Assembly: GCA_900769905.1 (NCBI GenBank)
Contig: CAAGIL010000170.1
Coordinates: 10,542 to 74,541 of the forward strand
Direction: 5' to 3'
DNA from: Rikenellaceae bacterium
GTDB lineage: Bacteria > Bacteroidota > Bacteroidia > Bacteroidales > UBA932
Length of the DNA stretch: 64,000 bases
Shown here: positions 38,657 through 49,800 of the stretch, piece by piece
Position numbering within the stretch: the stretch's first letter is position 1
Layout of the letters: each line of letters starts with the position of its first letter
Program-made: the position numbers and the translations under genes
Notes under the pieces: generated by a model
Told to the model about the DNA's origin: nothing
Databases searched by the model: none
The model's input: the letters and a program-made list of their open reading frames with translations, nothing else

Positions 38657-39652
38657 ATGGCAATTACAGCAGCAGACGTAATGAAGTTACGTAAAATGAC
38701 TTCTGCAGGTATGATGGACTGCAAGAAGGCGCTTGAGGAAGCTCAGGGCGACTTCAACAAGGCAATTGACATCATCCGAGAGAAGGGCAAGCTCGTTGCA
38801 GCCAAGAGAGCTGACCGCGAGACTTCAGAGGGTGCAGTGAAGGCACGCGTAGAGGGAAACAAGGGTATCCTTGTATGCCTCGGATGCGAGACCGACTTCG
38901 TAAGCCGCAACTCTGATTTCCAGAACCTCGCCGAGGCTATCGCCGACGTGGCCATCGCTCAGTGCCCTGCGGACCTCGAGGGTCTCAAGGCTTGCAAGAT
39001 GGCTGACGGCTACACCGTGGAGGAGGCTGTGGAGGCTCAGACCGGAAAGACCGGCGAGAAGCACGTACTCGTAGGCTACGCCCTCGTAGAGGCTCCTTTC
39101 GTAGCTCAGTACATCCACAAGATCACCGGCAAGCTCGGTGCTCTCGTAGGCTTCAACAAGGAAGTTCCTGCAGAGCTCGCCAAGGGCATTGTAATGCAGG
39201 TGGCTTCCATGAACCCTGTCGCCATCTCCGCTGAGGACTGCCCTCAGGAGGTGATTGACAGCGAGCGCAACGTGGCTATCCAGAAGACTAAGGATGAGCA
39301 GGTTCAGAAGGCTGTTGATGCAGCCCTCAAGAAGGCAGGCATCAATCCTGCCCACGTTGACAGTGAGGATCATATCGAGTCCAACACCGCAAAGGGCTGG
39401 CTCACTCCTGAGCAGGCCAATCAGGCTCGCGAGATCATCAAGACCGTGAGCGCCGAGAAGGCTGCCAACCTCAACGAGCAGATGATCCAGAACATCGCCA
39501 ACGGACGCGTCCAGAAGTTCCTCAAGGAGCAGACCCTCCTCGAGCAGGACTATCAGATGAGCGAAGAGAAGATCTCCGTAAAGGATGCTCTCGCTGCAGC
39601 TGACAAGGAGGCTAAGGTGGTTGTCATCAAGCGCTTCTCTCTCAACGACTAA
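38657..39652 (+). CDS. tsf: Elongation factor Ts
   Basis: N-terminal UBA-like LRKMTSAGMMDCKKAL is present and the gene is adjacent to rpsB. Confidence 0.95.
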   Translation: MAITAADVMKLRKMTSAGMMDCKKALEEAQGDFNKAIDIIREKGKLVAAKRADRETSEGAVKARVEGNKGILVCLGCETDFVSRNSDFQNLAEAIADVAIAQCPADLEGLKACKMADGYTVEEAVEAQTGKTGEKHVLVGYALVEAPFVAQYIHKITGKLGALVGFNKEVPAELAKGIVMQVASMNPVAISAEDCPQEVIDSERNVAIQKTKDEQVQKAVDAALKKAGINPAHVDSEDHIESNTAKGWLTPEQANQAREIIKTVSAEKAANLNEQMIQNIANGRVQKFLKEQTLLEQDYQMSEEKISVKDALAAADKEAKVVVIKRFSLND

Positions 39653-39675
39653 TTTTTAGTTGCATATACAAAAAT

Positions 39676-39705
39676 GGCCGGCCCCGCAAAGGGTCGGCTA
39701 TTTTT
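39676..39705 (+). terminator. Rho-independent terminator after tsf
   Basis: A CCGGCCC/GGGTCGG stem with a G.U wobble is followed by CTATTTTT. Confidence 0.55.
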
Positions 39706-39720
39706 ATGCTCCTGTGGCTC

Positions 39721-40353
39721 TTATTCTTTCCTTATTACGGTCAAGCCGTCCTTGAGGGGCAGGATGACCGTTTCGACAGCAGGATCGGAGGCGACGATGC
39801 CGTTGAATTCCAGCAGACCCCTGGTCTGTGCATCGTGAGGCAGGGGATCGGCATAGACCTTCCCGTCCCAAAGGGTATCGTCAGCCACTATGAGGCCGCC
39901 CTTGCGAAGCAGCGGGAGGCATAGCCTGTAGTATTCCGCGTACTGTCTCTTGTTGGCATCAATGAATATGAGGTCGTAAGGCCCTTCCAAATTACCCAGG
40001 CTTTCGATTGCATCCCCTATGTGCAGATGTATCTTGTCCGACACTCCCGCTCTCTGCCAGCCTTCCCGCATCAGGTCTTCCAGCTCGTCGTTGATTTCCA
40101 AAGCATCTATGTGTCCGTCCTCGGGGAGGCCGAGGGCCATCCAGCAGGAAGAGTAGCCGGTAAACGAGCCGATTTCCAGAACCTTTTTTGCCCCGCTGAT
40201 TTCGACCAGCATCTTCAGGAAACGCCCCTGCACTGGCCCCGAGAGCATACGCGGATAATTGGTCCGTATATGGGTCTGCTTCTCTATCCATTCCAGGGCT
40301 TCCGGGGCGGCGCTGCTGTGTTCGCGTATGTAGTTATTCTCCGGTAAATTCAT
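39721..40353 (-). CDS. Class I SAM-dependent O-methyltransferase (family 3, caffeoyl-CoA-OMT-like)
   Basis: VLEIGSFTGYS SAM motif I and DLIFIDANK are typical of O-MT family 3. Confidence 0.8.
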   Translation of the reverse strand: MNLPENNYIREHSSAAPEALEWIEKQTHIRTNYPRMLSGPVQGRFLKMLVEISGAKKVLEIGSFTGYSSCWMALGLPEDGHIDALEINDELEDLMREGWQRAGVSDKIHLHIGDAIESLGNLEGPYDLIFIDANKRQYAEYYRLCLPLLRKGGLIVADDTLWDGKVYADPLPHDAQTRGLLEFNGIVASDPAVETVILPLKDGLTVIRKE

Positions 40354-41104
40354 TGTTCTTCGATATGCGCTTGATTTCGTTCTCGCTGAATTCCGTCTCC
40401 TTTCCTGTCTTGTACTTGCTTTCCCTGAAACTGAACAGCTCGTGTGTGTCGGCGGAAATCAGCATACGGTAGCACTTCATCTCAGGGCTCGGTTCAAGGG
40501 GACTGACGGTCACGCAGATAAGTGTGTCGCTGTCGGCCTGCATATAGAGCTCGTCGCACTTGTCGGGGTCCAGACATACGGTCTTGCCCTTGAAGTTGCG
40601 GTCATAGAAGCCCAGGCCTGCATAGGCCGCCTGGTCGCTCACCATTGCATCCTCCACATAGGCCTGAAGTATGTCTATGAATGCTCCCATATACATAAGC
40701 TCCCTTCCGCTCGGGGCTCCCGCGCAGGAGATCGGTACTCTGACCACCTCAAAAGGCCGGCTGAGGTTGTTCTCGGCCTGCGGGTTGCCGCCTTTCTCAA
40801 GGACTATGTAGGTAATGCCCGAGTCCACGCCCAGGTAAAGGAAGTACAGGCTGTTGTCTCCCTTGAGCTGCTCCATTTCTCCGGCCGTGCAGAACTCATA
40901 CGGAGAAATCCTCCATCTCGTGGAGATTTCTTCGCGGAAGGTAATGTCGAGCAGGGGATTGCCTCCCCCTGCGACTTTGACGGTGCGCGTAGGAAAATCG
41001 GCAAGTCTGGCTTTCCTGGTGTAAACCTTTCCCTGCGCTCCCGCCGTCTGGCAGAAGAGCAAAACGAGCAGGGAAACAAATATGAGTCTCAATCTTTTTT
41101 CCAT
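40334..41104 (-). CDS. Hypothetical secreted protein
   Basis: A 256-aa product with a signal peptide (LLVLLFCQTAGAQG). It overlaps the O-MT gene by 20 nt. No family was recognised. Confidence 0.5.
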   Translation of the reverse strand: MEKRLRLIFVSLLVLLFCQTAGAQGKVYTRKARLADFPTRTVKVAGGGNPLLDITFREEISTRWRISPYEFCTAGEMEQLKGDNSLYFLYLGVDSGITYIVLEKGGNPQAENNLSRPFEVVRVPISCAGAPSGRELMYMGAFIDILQAYVEDAMVSDQAAYAGLGFYDRNFKGKTVCLDPDKCDELYMQADSDTLICVTVSPLEPSPEMKCYRMLISADTHELFSFRESKYKTGKETEFSENEIKRISKNNEFTGE

Positions 41105-41143
41105 ACTTTCAAAGTTACAAAGAAATTCATAAATTTGTAATCT

Positions 41144-42913
41144 ATGTCAGATTATATTGTATCAGCAAGGAAATACCGTCCTGACAGTTTCGAATCACTG
41201 ATAGGCCAGGACAATATCGCCAGGACCCTCAAAAACTCCATCAAGAGGGGCCAGCTTGCACATGCCTACCTCTTCTGCGGTCCCCGCGGAGTGGGCAAGA
41301 CAAGTGCGGCGCGCATCTTCGCGAAGACCATCAACTGCTACAACCCGGGGCCGGACCTCGAGCCTTGCGGGGAGTGCGAGTCCTGCCGTTCTTTCGCGGA
41401 GGGACGTTCCTACTGCATCCACGAGCTGGATGCAGCGTCCAACAACGGAGTGGAGGATATCAAGGCCCTGATGGACCTGGTGCAGATTCCTCCTCAGACC
41501 GGGAAGTATTCCGTCTTCATCATAGATGAGGTCCACATGCTCTCCCAGCAGGCCTTCAACGCCTTCCTCAAAACCCTTGAGGAGCCGCCGGCACACGCAA
41601 TCTTCATCCTTGCCACGACCGAGAAGCACAAGATACTTCCGACCATCCTGAGCCGCTGCCAGACTTATGACTTCAGCCGCATCAGCATCTCTGACATAGT
41701 GAGCAATCTGCGTGCCATCGCTGCCAAGGAAGGCATAGACATAGATGATGAGTCCCTGCACATCATTGCCGGGAAGGCTGACGGGGCGATGCGCGACGCC
41801 CTTACCATCTTTGACCAGACCGTGGCCTTCTGCGGCACGACGGTAAGGTATGAGGATGTCATGCGCAACCTCAATGTCCTGGACTACGAATACTGCTTCA
41901 AGCTGGTGGACAATTTCCTTGCAGGAGACTACGCCAGCGCCCTGCTTGTGCTGGATGAAGTGCTTTCGAAGGGCTTCAACCCCCAGTACTTCATCTCTGC
42001 CCTGGGTTCCCATCTCAGAGACCTTCTGGTCAGCAGGACAGGCGGCCTGGAGTCCCTTGTTGACTTCCCCGAGTCCCTTGCGAAAAGGTACGCCGCCCAG
42101 GCGGAGAAGTGCTCCGTCAAGTTCCTGTATGACGCTCTTTCCGTGACCTCCCAGTGCGAGGCCGGATACCGTGCCGCCCTCAATCAGAGGCTGCATATAG
42201 AGTTCTCCCTGATGAAGATGTGCTTCCTGCTGAACTCCGCTCCGGCGGTGTCTGCGGTTGCTGCGTCTGCACCGGTGGCGTCTCCGGCCAGAGTGCCGGC
42301 TCCTGGACCTGCGGCTCCTGCCCCTGCGCCGAAGGCGGAGACTGCCGTCAGTCCCGCCCCGTCTGCTGCTCCGGCTCAGCCGTCCCCGGCTCCGGAAAAG
42401 GTCCCTGCTGCCCCAGCACCCAAGCCTGAGCCGCGCCGCAGCCCCCGTACGGGTGCGTCCCTTTCCCTGAGCTCGCTTATGAACGGGGATGACAAGGAAA
42501 AGAAAGCGGAGGAGGAGGCAAAGCCGGTGGAGAACGTGCAGCTCCCTTCCGACGAACAGCTTGCCGCCAAGTGGAAGGAACTGGCTGAGTCCTATGCATC
42601 AAAGCCCAGGCTGGCCAATGCCCTTTCCGAGGCCAAACTCTCCTTCCGTGAGGAGGATGGGCGCAAAGTGGTCAGCTTCACCGTCACCAACGAGGCCCAG
42701 CGCCGATGGATAGAGGAGAAGATGCTCCGCGAGATGGAAAATGATTTCTGCTCCCTGGCGGCCTGCAGGATGCTCAGACTCGAGCCTGCGGTGCTCCCGG
42801 AGGAGGAGATGAAGGAAGTGAAATATATGCCTAAGGAGAAGGCCGAAGACCTTATCAGCCACAACGAGGAGGTAAGGAATCTCGTGATGGATCTCTCCCT
42901 GGATGTCAACTGA
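41144..42913 (+). CDS. dnaX: DNA polymerase III subunit tau/gamma
   Basis: AAA+ clamp-loader motifs ([13 protein letters not shown]) are present, followed by a Pro/Ala-rich linker and a C-terminal domain. A TAAATTTG -7 box lies 6 nt upstream of the ATG. Confidence 0.9.
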   Translation: MSDYIVSARKYRPDSFESLIGQDNIARTLKNSIKRGQLAHAYLFCGPRGVGKTSAARIFAKTINCYNPGPDLEPCGECESCRSFAEGRSYCIHELDAASNNGVEDIKALMDLVQIPPQTGKYSVFIIDEVHMLSQQAFNAFLKTLEEPPAHAIFILATTEKHKILPTILSRCQTYDFSRISISDIVSNLRAIAAKEGIDIDDESLHIIAGKADGAMRDALTIFDQTVAFCGTTVRYEDVMRNLNVLDYEYCFKLVDNFLAGDYASALLVLDEVLSKGFNPQYFISALGSHLRDLLVSRTGGLESLVDFPESLAKRYAAQAEKCSVKFLYDALSVTSQCEAGYRAALNQRLHIEFSLMKMCFLLNSAPAVSAVAASAPVASPARVPAPGPAAPAPAPKAETAVSPAPSAAPAQPSPAPEKVPAAPAPKPEPRRSPRTGASLSLSSLMNGDDKEKKAEEEAKPVENVQLPSDEQLAAKWKELAESYASKPRLANALSEAKLSFREEDGRKVVSFTVTNEAQRRWIEEKMLREMENDFCSLAACRMLRLEPAVLPEEEMKEVKYMPKEKAEDLISHNEEVRNLVMDLSLDVN

Positions 42914-42920
42914 TACTGAT

Positions 42921-43712
42921 ATGAAACTGCGTTGCGAAAATCTGGTTAAAAAATACGGTCTGCGTACCGTTGTAAAGGGGGTTTCGATGGAGGTGAGCCA
43001 GGGCGAAATCGTCGGCTTCCTCGGCCCCAACGGTGCCGGCAAGACCACCAGCTTCTATATGATTACGGGGCAGATAGTCCCGAATGAGGGCAAGGTTTTT
43101 CTCGACGACGAGGAAATCACCGGAATGCCTATGTACAAGCGTGCCCAGAGAGGTCTGGGATACCTGCCTCAGGATGCATCGGTGTTCAGGAAGATGTCAG
43201 TTGAGGACAACATACTGTCGGTGATGGAGATGAGGGGAATAGGCAAGGCCGAGAGGAAGGAGAGACTGGAGTCGCTGATAGACGAATTCAACCTCTCGAA
43301 GGTGCGCAGGTCTTTGGGAATACAGCTTTCCGGAGGTGAGCGCCGCCGTTGCGAAATAGCCAGGGCTCTGGCAATCGACCCCAAGTTCATCCTGCTTGAC
43401 GAGCCTTTCGCCGGCGTGGATCCCATTGCGGTGGAGGACATACAGTACATCATCGCGAAGCTGAAGTACCGCAATATCGGGGTCATAATCACCGACCACA
43501 ATGTGGGTGAGACTCTGGCGATTACCGACAGGGCGTATCTTCTCTACGAAGGAACCATACTCCAGGAAGGCACCCCTCAGCATCTCTCCGAAGATGAGGA
43601 TGTGAGGACCAAGTACCTCGGGTCAGGCTTTGTGCTGAAGCGTTCAGTCTCCGTGCAGAGGGCCAGGGACGAGTATGAAGCAAGACTCAAAAAGGAAAAA
43701 GAAAATGCTTAG
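42921..43712 (+). CDS. lptB: LPS export ABC transporter ATP-binding protein
   Basis: The start is taken at [13 protein letters not shown], which aligns with the LptB N-terminus. The track start at 42903 would overlap dnaX. Walker [10 protein letters not shown] and the LSGGERRR signature are present. Confidence 0.85.
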   Translation: MKLRCENLVKKYGLRTVVKGVSMEVSQGEIVGFLGPNGAGKTTSFYMITGQIVPNEGKVFLDDEEITGMPMYKRAQRGLGYLPQDASVFRKMSVEDNILSVMEMRGIGKAERKERLESLIDEFNLSKVRRSLGIQLSGGERRRCEIARALAIDPKFILLDEPFAGVDPIAVEDIQYIIAKLKYRNIGVIITDHNVGETLAITDRAYLLYEGTILQEGTPQHLSEDEDVRTKYLGSGFVLKRSVSVQRARDEYEARLKKEKENA

Positions 43713-44394
43713 AATACCTGATATCACCATAGCCGTGGACGGCTGCTCCTCCACGGGCAAGAGTTCTTTTGCGAAGGAAGTTGCGAAAAAGTTCAATTTC
43801 CTTTATCTGGATTCCGGGGCGCTGTACAGGGGAGTCACCCTTTTCGCCCAGGAAAACGCCTATATTGATGCCGGCAACGTGGTCTCTGATGAACTTGAGA
43901 CCGCGCTCGAGGCTCTGGACCTGCACTTCGGGGAAGGAGGCGTATGCTGCATGGGGGACAGGTGCATCGAAGCCGAGATACGCTCTATGGGCGTATCCTC
44001 GCAGGTAAGTCCCATAGCGGCAGTGCCTTACGTGCGCAATTGGGTGGATGAGCGTCTGCATTTTCTTGCCGCGTCAGGCAGGGTGGTGATGGACGGACGG
44101 GACATAGGAACAAGCGTTTTCCCCAACGCCGAGCTCAAAATATATATGACCGCAAGGGACGAAGTGCGTGCGCAGCGCCGTTTTGACGAGATGAAGGCCA
44201 AGGGCGGCAATCCTGTCTTTGAGGAAGTGCTTGCCAATCTGCGCGAGCGGGATTACATCGATTCCCACCGCAGCACTTCACCTCTGCGCAAGGCAGAGGA
44301 TGCTTTTGAACTGGACAACTCCGATATGACCATGGCCGAAGAGCTCAGCTGGGTTCAAGGTTTGATACAGGGCCGTTTCGGCCTGCTGGGATAG
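43705..44394 (+). CDS. cmk: Cytidylate kinase
   Basis: The start is taken at [21 protein letters not shown] (P-loop). It overlaps the lptB stop (ATGCTTAG). Confidence 0.85.
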   Translation: MLRIPDITIAVDGCSSTGKSSFAKEVAKKFNFLYLDSGALYRGVTLFAQENAYIDAGNVVSDELETALEALDLHFGEGGVCCMGDRCIEAEIRSMGVSSQVSPIAAVPYVRNWVDERLHFLAASGRVVMDGRDIGTSVFPNAELKIYMTARDEVRAQRRFDEMKAKGGNPVFEEVLANLRERDYIDSHRSTSPLRKAEDAFELDNSDMTMAEELSWVQGLIQGRFGLLG

Positions 44395-44397
44395 GCG

Positions 44398-45264
44398 ATG
44401 CGCGTAGAGATAGATTCACATTCAGGCTTTTGCGGAGGTGTCATCAGGGCCATAGGGACAGCGGAGAAGTATCTCCGTGCCCACGGCGGCAGGCTGTATT
44501 CCCTGGGTGCGATAGTCCACAACGAGGAAGAGCTTTCCCGGCTCGCATCGCTCGGCCTGGTGAGCCTCGACAGCCTGGACGGGCGTTCCCCGGTCCTGAT
44601 CCGGGCCCACGGAGAACCTCCTTCCGTTTACAGAAAGGCTAAGGAGGCGGGCATTGAGCTGATCGACTGCACCTGCCCGGTGGTGCTCAAGCTTCAGGGC
44701 CAGATACGCGAAGCATACGCCAGGCTTTCAGCCTCCGGGGGAAGTCTGGTGATTTTCGGGAAGAATGGGCATCCGGAAGTGCTGGGCCTGATGGGACAGG
44801 TGAACTCCGATGTCACCGTAATCCAGAGCCTGGAGGAGCTCAAACCCCTGGTAGAGAAGGGCGCGCTGGCGGTGGACAGGGATATAGAGCTGTTCTCGCA
44901 GACCACTATGAGCCCTTCCGAGTATGAGAGGGTGTGCTCCTATCTGCAGGCTTCGATGCGGGGAGCATCGCTCACGGTCCACAATACCATATGCTCGCAG
45001 GTCAGTTCCAGGCACAGGGAATTGATGCAGTTCGCGCGTACCCACGACGTGATTGTGTTTGTGTCCGGGAAGGAAAGTTCCAACGGAAAGGTCCTGTATG
45101 AACTCTGCCGCAGCGTAAATCCCCGCACTTACCACATAGTCTCACCCGAAGGCCTCGACCCTGCCTGGTTCGAATCGGCCGACAGTGCCGGGGTGTGCGG
45201 AGCAACATCCACGCCTAAGTGGCTGCTGGAAAACGTGTCCCGGGCGATAGAAAATTTGCATTAG
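44398..45264 (+). CDS. ispH: 4-hydroxy-3-methylbut-2-enyl diphosphate reductase
   Basis: A LytB/IspH alignment (GFCGGV, three Cys ligands). Confidence 0.9.
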   Translation: MRVEIDSHSGFCGGVIRAIGTAEKYLRAHGGRLYSLGAIVHNEEELSRLASLGLVSLDSLDGRSPVLIRAHGEPPSVYRKAKEAGIELIDCTCPVVLKLQGQIREAYARLSASGGSLVIFGKNGHPEVLGLMGQVNSDVTVIQSLEELKPLVEKGALAVDRDIELFSQTTMSPSEYERVCSYLQASMRGASLTVHNTICSQVSSRHRELMQFARTHDVIVFVSGKESSNGKVLYELCRSVNPRTYHIVSPEGLDPAWFESADSAGVCGATSTPKWLLENVSRAIENLH

Positions 45265-45322
45265 TTCCATCATTTGACTAACTTTGCCGAGTTATAGACA
45301 ATAATTAATTTTTACGATATTT

Positions 45323-45886
45323 ATGGCAACAACAGCTGATTTCAAAAACGGTCTTTATCTGAAGTATAACGACAAGCCTTGTATGATTGTGTGGTTCCAG
45401 CACGTAAAGCCTGGCAAGGGCCCTGCTTTCGTGAAGACCAAGCTCCGCAACCTTGAAAACGGACGCATACTTGAGAACACTTTCACCGCAGGTGCAAAGA
45501 TCGAGACCATCGACGTGGAGCGTCGTCCATACCAGTTCCTCTATGAAGAGGAGGATGGTTTCAACTTCATGCACGAAGAGACCTACGAGCAGATTCTTCT
45601 TCCTAAGGAAGTTGTGGAGAATGCCGACCTTATGAAGGAAGGACAGCACGTGGAGATGATGTTCGTGGTAGGTGAGGAGAAGTGCCTTACCTGCGAGCTC
45701 CCTACCTATGTGACCCTCGAAGTGACCTATTCCGAGCCTGCAGTGAAAGGCAATACCGCTTCCACTTCAGCCCTCAAGGAGGTTACCCTCGAGACCGGTG
45801 CAAAGATTATGGTTCCTCTCTTCATCGAGACCGGTGAGAAGATCACCGTCAACACTACCGACCGTTCTTACGGACAGAGAGTGTAG
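45323..45886 (+). CDS. efp: Elongation factor P
   Basis: An EF-P alignment including the KPGKG loop. Confidence 0.95.
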   Translation: MATTADFKNGLYLKYNDKPCMIVWFQHVKPGKGPAFVKTKLRNLENGRILENTFTAGAKIETIDVERRPYQFLYEEEDGFNFMHEETYEQILLPKEVVENADLMKEGQHVEMMFVVGEEKCLTCELPTYVTLEVTYSEPAVKGNTASTSALKEVTLETGAKIMVPLFIETGEKITVNTTDRSYGQRV

Positions 45887-45915
45887 TTTAGGACGAAGGA
45901 GATGCACAATAAAAA

Positions 45916-45948
45916 AGAGGTCGACTTTTTCAGTCGGCCTCTATTTTT
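45916..45948. terminator. Bidirectional rho-independent terminator (efp and the convergent small gene)
   Basis: An AGAGGTCGAC/GTCGGCCTCT hairpin is flanked by an A-run on the left and a T-run on the right. Confidence 0.6.
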
Positions 45949-46331
45949 AATTCCTGAATCCTGTATTCGTTTCCCTTGGAACTGACGAAGATTGTTACGG
46001 AGAAATTCTCGCCTCCGGCGGAGAGATTGCCCAAGGCGTATTTCATATTGGCCCTTTCGGCTGTATGGGTTATTTCAAAACCCCTCGGAGTATAGGAAGA
46101 GAAGAAGACCTTCAGTATCTGCTTTGCCTGATTTTTGCTGGTGCTGCCTTCCTGCCCTGCAATCGTGAGCTCCAGATTGGTGTCAAACCAGGCGGAGAGG
46201 CTGTCGGCATCCCCCTTGACAATATACTTGCTGATAGGGCTGAACACATCAAACCTCTCCGTTTGCGCCGTTGCGGGCAACTCGGTGAGGAGAGGAAAGA
46301 TGATAAGCAGTATGTTCAAAAAATGTTTCAC
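45930..46331 (-). CDS. Small secreted hypothetical protein
   Basis: A 133-aa product with a signal peptide (IFPLLTELPATAQ). Its stop lies inside the terminator hairpin. No family was assigned with confidence. Confidence 0.5.
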   Translation of the reverse strand: MKHFLNILLIIFPLLTELPATAQTERFDVFSPISKYIVKGDADSLSAWFDTNLELTIAGQEGSTSKNQAKQILKVFFSSYTPRGFEITHTAERANMKYALGNLSAGGENFSVTIFVSSKGNEYRIQELKIEAD

Positions 46332-46366
46332 ATAATCAAATTAGCAAAAGCCGTACCATAATGCAA

Positions 46367-46397
46367 TTTGATGTATAGAAAACTTTGTTTATATTTG
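46367..46397 (+). promoter_or_regulatory. Bacteroidetes sigma-A-type promoter for rlmH plus the sensor kinase (TTTG-N19-TATATTTG)
   Basis: TTTG lies at 46367..46370 and TATATTTG at 46390..46397. The ATG is 7 nt downstream, so the transcript would be leaderless or nearly so. Confidence 0.5.
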
Positions 46398-46404
46398 TCA
46401 ATAT

Positions 46405-46878
46405 ATGAAGATTACGCTCCTCACAGTGGGGCGGACAGATGTGGAATGGGTCCGCAAGGGTCTCGAACTGTATATTTCGAGGCTGAAGCATTATGTGCCT
46501 TTTTCCCTCGTTGAAATACCCGAACTGAAGAATGTCTCCGCCTTGACCAGGGACCAGATCAGGCAGAAGGAGGGCGAACTTGTACTCAAGTCGCTGAAGC
46601 CTTCGGACTGCGTCATCCTGCTGGATGAGCACGGGCGGGAGTACAGGTCGGTGGAGTTCTCATCTATGCTGGAGGAAAAGATGAGCAGGGGAGGCCGGGA
46701 CCTTGTGTTCGTCATCGGAGGAGCCTACGGTTTCAGCGATGCCGTGTATTCCCGTTCGGACGAAAAACTCTCCCTTTCAAAAATGACCTTCTCCCATCAG
46801 ATGGTGAGAACGATTTTTGCAGAGCAACTCTATCGGGCCTTCACGATAATGAAAGGTGAGCCTTATCATCACGAGTAA
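46405..46878 (+). CDS. rlmH: 23S rRNA (pseudouridine1915-N3)-methyltransferase
   Basis: A SPOUT RlmH alignment with the typical 157-aa size. Confidence 0.9.
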   Translation: MKITLLTVGRTDVEWVRKGLELYISRLKHYVPFSLVEIPELKNVSALTRDQIRQKEGELVLKSLKPSDCVILLDEHGREYRSVEFSSMLEEKMSRGGRDLVFVIGGAYGFSDAVYSRSDEKLSLSKMTFSHQMVRTIFAEQLYRAFTIMKGEPYHHE

Positions 46879-49800
46879 ATGAAGAATAAGAAGCATATAT
46901 TCAATGCTCTCACCGCCCTGATGCTGCTGATAAGCGCGGTGCTGATGGTCTTCTCATCCACCAGGGTGAGAAGCGCCGCCGATGCCGACAGGGTTGCTGC
47001 CGGAGTTTCCCGCGCATTGGAGAAGCGTATGGAGCTGCTGGACGGGTATATTGCCCGGGCTCTGGCTCAGGACCCTTCCACCTGGCTCTCGCTCGAGGAC
47101 CTGCCTCCGGATATGGTTGTGTACCGCTACATTGCGGATACGCTCCAGTCCTGGATAGGGGAGTTCTCCGTGTCAAACGACAATATACATTCGGGTACCT
47201 ATCTTCCTGTCATTACCAATCCTGCCCGGTCCCTGGTGTCGCCGCTTGCAATGGTTGCCGACTCCGCGACCTTTGTGAATATGGGCCAGCACTGGTATCT
47301 TGCCAAGTCGGTTGAGGAAGATGACTGCCGCATAATTGCCGGGCTTGAGATTCTCAGCAACACGAACGGACAGCGTATGAGGGCCAACCCTGCCCTGCAC
47401 ATCAATCCCTGCTATGCGGTAAGGACTCTTGCCGAGACCGGCGGGTCTGCCGTGTGCCTTGACGGCAAGCCTGTCTTCAAGGTTATCTGCGAGACTATGG
47501 ATGCCTCTTTGCTCAAGGACTCGGGACTGATGTGGCTTGCTCTTGCCTTTCTGATTGCCGCCGCCTACTGCTTCCTGCTTGCCGACCGCAATGTGAAGCG
47601 TCTGCTCATCACCCTGCTGGTGCTGGTCTCCGTGATGGCTTCCTTCTACCTCTGGGGACGCAATGCCGGCGGACGACTCATCATTTTCTCGCCGGTGCTG
47701 TATGCCGGAGGACCGGTGTTCAGCTCGCTCGGTGCCGTGGTCATCGCCAACCTGGCCGTCCTGCTCATCGTTTCCTGCTTCTATATTGCACGGGACGGCC
47801 TTTCCGGGGTGTTCCGCAATGACCGCCAGCGCTGGACTTTTCTCCTGCTCGACCTGGCTCTCATCGTGCTGCTGCTGGTGTACACCCACCTCACCCTCAA
47901 GAGCATTATTCTGAATTCCGGCATTTCCCTGGAACTGTTCAAGCCTGCGGAATTCACGCCTTTCTGCGCAATCGTATATGCTTCCTTCATCTCTATGCTG
48001 ATGAGCGTGCCTATGCTCGTGCAGCTGGGATCCGTCTCGGCTCCGGAACGATTCCGGGGCAGGGTCAATGCCTTCTCGGTAGGGAACAAGCTTCTTTACA
48101 GCATATTCATATCGGTCTATCTCATCAGCATCTCCTCAGTGCTCGGCTTCCGAAAGGAGCAGGACCGTATGGAGGTGCTTGCGAACAGGCTTTCATTCGA
48201 TAGGGATATTGCCCTGGAGATGCGTCTGCGCAGGGTTGAGAACCAGATTGCGGAAGATATGATCATTTCTGCCCTGTCCGTTTTCAACAATACCGCGTCC
48301 ACGATACAGGGCCGTATACTGGATACCTACTTCTCCCGCTCCGAGCAGGATTATATTGTTTCGGTATATGTGTTCAACGACAGCAACAATACCCGGGCGG
48401 CGCTTGACCAGTACAACCGTCTGCTCAAGGACGGAGTGCCGATTGCAGACAATTCCCGTTTCCTGTATGTGAAAAGGGACGGGGGACACTCCTACTATGT
48501 GGGACTCTTCCTCTATCTGGTCGAGGGCAACGGTATCAGCAGGGTGCTGGTGTGCCTTGAATCCAAGGACATAAGGGGCAACAAGGGATACGCGAGCATA
48601 TTCGGAATCACTCCTCCGGGAAAGGTTACCATCCCGGCAGGCTATTCCTATGCCAGATATGAAGGTGCCAATCTGAAATCCAGCCACGGCAGTTTCGCAT
48701 ATCCTACCAGGCTCGGCCCGAAAATGATGCAACTCTCCTATGAACAGAAGGACAGGACTGAAACCGTGAACGGCTACACGCATTTCTTTACCCTTATTTC
48801 CGACAATGAGATGGTTGCCATTTCCAGGGCAAAGACGGATTTTGTGACTTATCTGGTGTCCGGGATACTTGTCGCCATCATCACTTTCCTGCTGATGTGT
48901 CTCATTTCCCTGAAATGGAGTGACAGGCACAACTACGGATGGACTTTCTTCAGGACCCGCATAATGGGCCTGCTGCTTGCCTCCCTGATTCTTACTCTAG
49001 TGGCTATGGTCGCCGTGAGCGTATTTTTCGTGGCTTCCCGCAACGATACCAATATGCACACGATGATGTCGGAAAAGATACTCTCCATCAGCAGTATGAT
49101 GGAGGCAGGTAATGCCACAATCAACGATCCGGCCGAATTCAATTACTCCCAGCTGCGGCGCCTGATGGAGCAGGTGGGCTCTGACACCAACTCCGACATA
49201 AGCCTTTACACTCCTGACGGGAGGATGATGATGTCCACCACGCCTATGGTCTTCGAACGCCAGTTCCTCGGCAACCGCATCAACGGTATGGCGTATTCCG
49301 AAATAGTTTACAACTACAAGAAATACCATATCCAGAGGGAATCTTCCGCTTCGGTCAACTTCTACAGCCTGTATGCACCGCTGAGGAGCCGTGACGGAAA
49401 CATACTTGCCATCATCTGTTCTCCTTACAGCGAAGAGAATTACGATTTTGAACAGGATGCCGTGACGCATACAATGACGGTGGTGGCCATCTTCCTCTTC
49501 TTCCTCATCCTTTCAACCTTTATGGTGTCCCGCATCGTGGACAAGATGTTCGGCCCTCTGGGCGAGATGAGCCGGAAGATGAACTCTGCCGACCTGGACT
49601 CCCTGGAATACATTGAATACGACAGGAACGATGAGATTACATCCATAGTCCAGGCTTACAACCGTATGGTGACCGAGCTCTCCGAGAGTTCGCGCAAGCT
49701 GGCCCAAGCGGAGAGGGACAAGGCGTGGAGCGGAATGGCAAGGCAGGTGGCGCACGAGATCAAGAACCCGCTCACCCCTATGAAGCTCCAGCTCCAGAGA

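Noticed and set aside
42230-42440. Low-complexity GC-rich repeat-like DNA, considered as a possible tandem repeat or CRISPR-like array.
   Set aside because: It encodes the Pro/Ala-rich linker of DnaX tau. There are no regular spacer/repeat units, and no CRISPR array exists anywhere in the window.
41144-42913. Programmed -1 frameshift site in dnaX (A AAA AAG).
   Set aside because: No A-AAA-AAG heptamer or equivalent slippery sequence was found in the gene, so there is no evidence for a gamma-subunit frameshift here.
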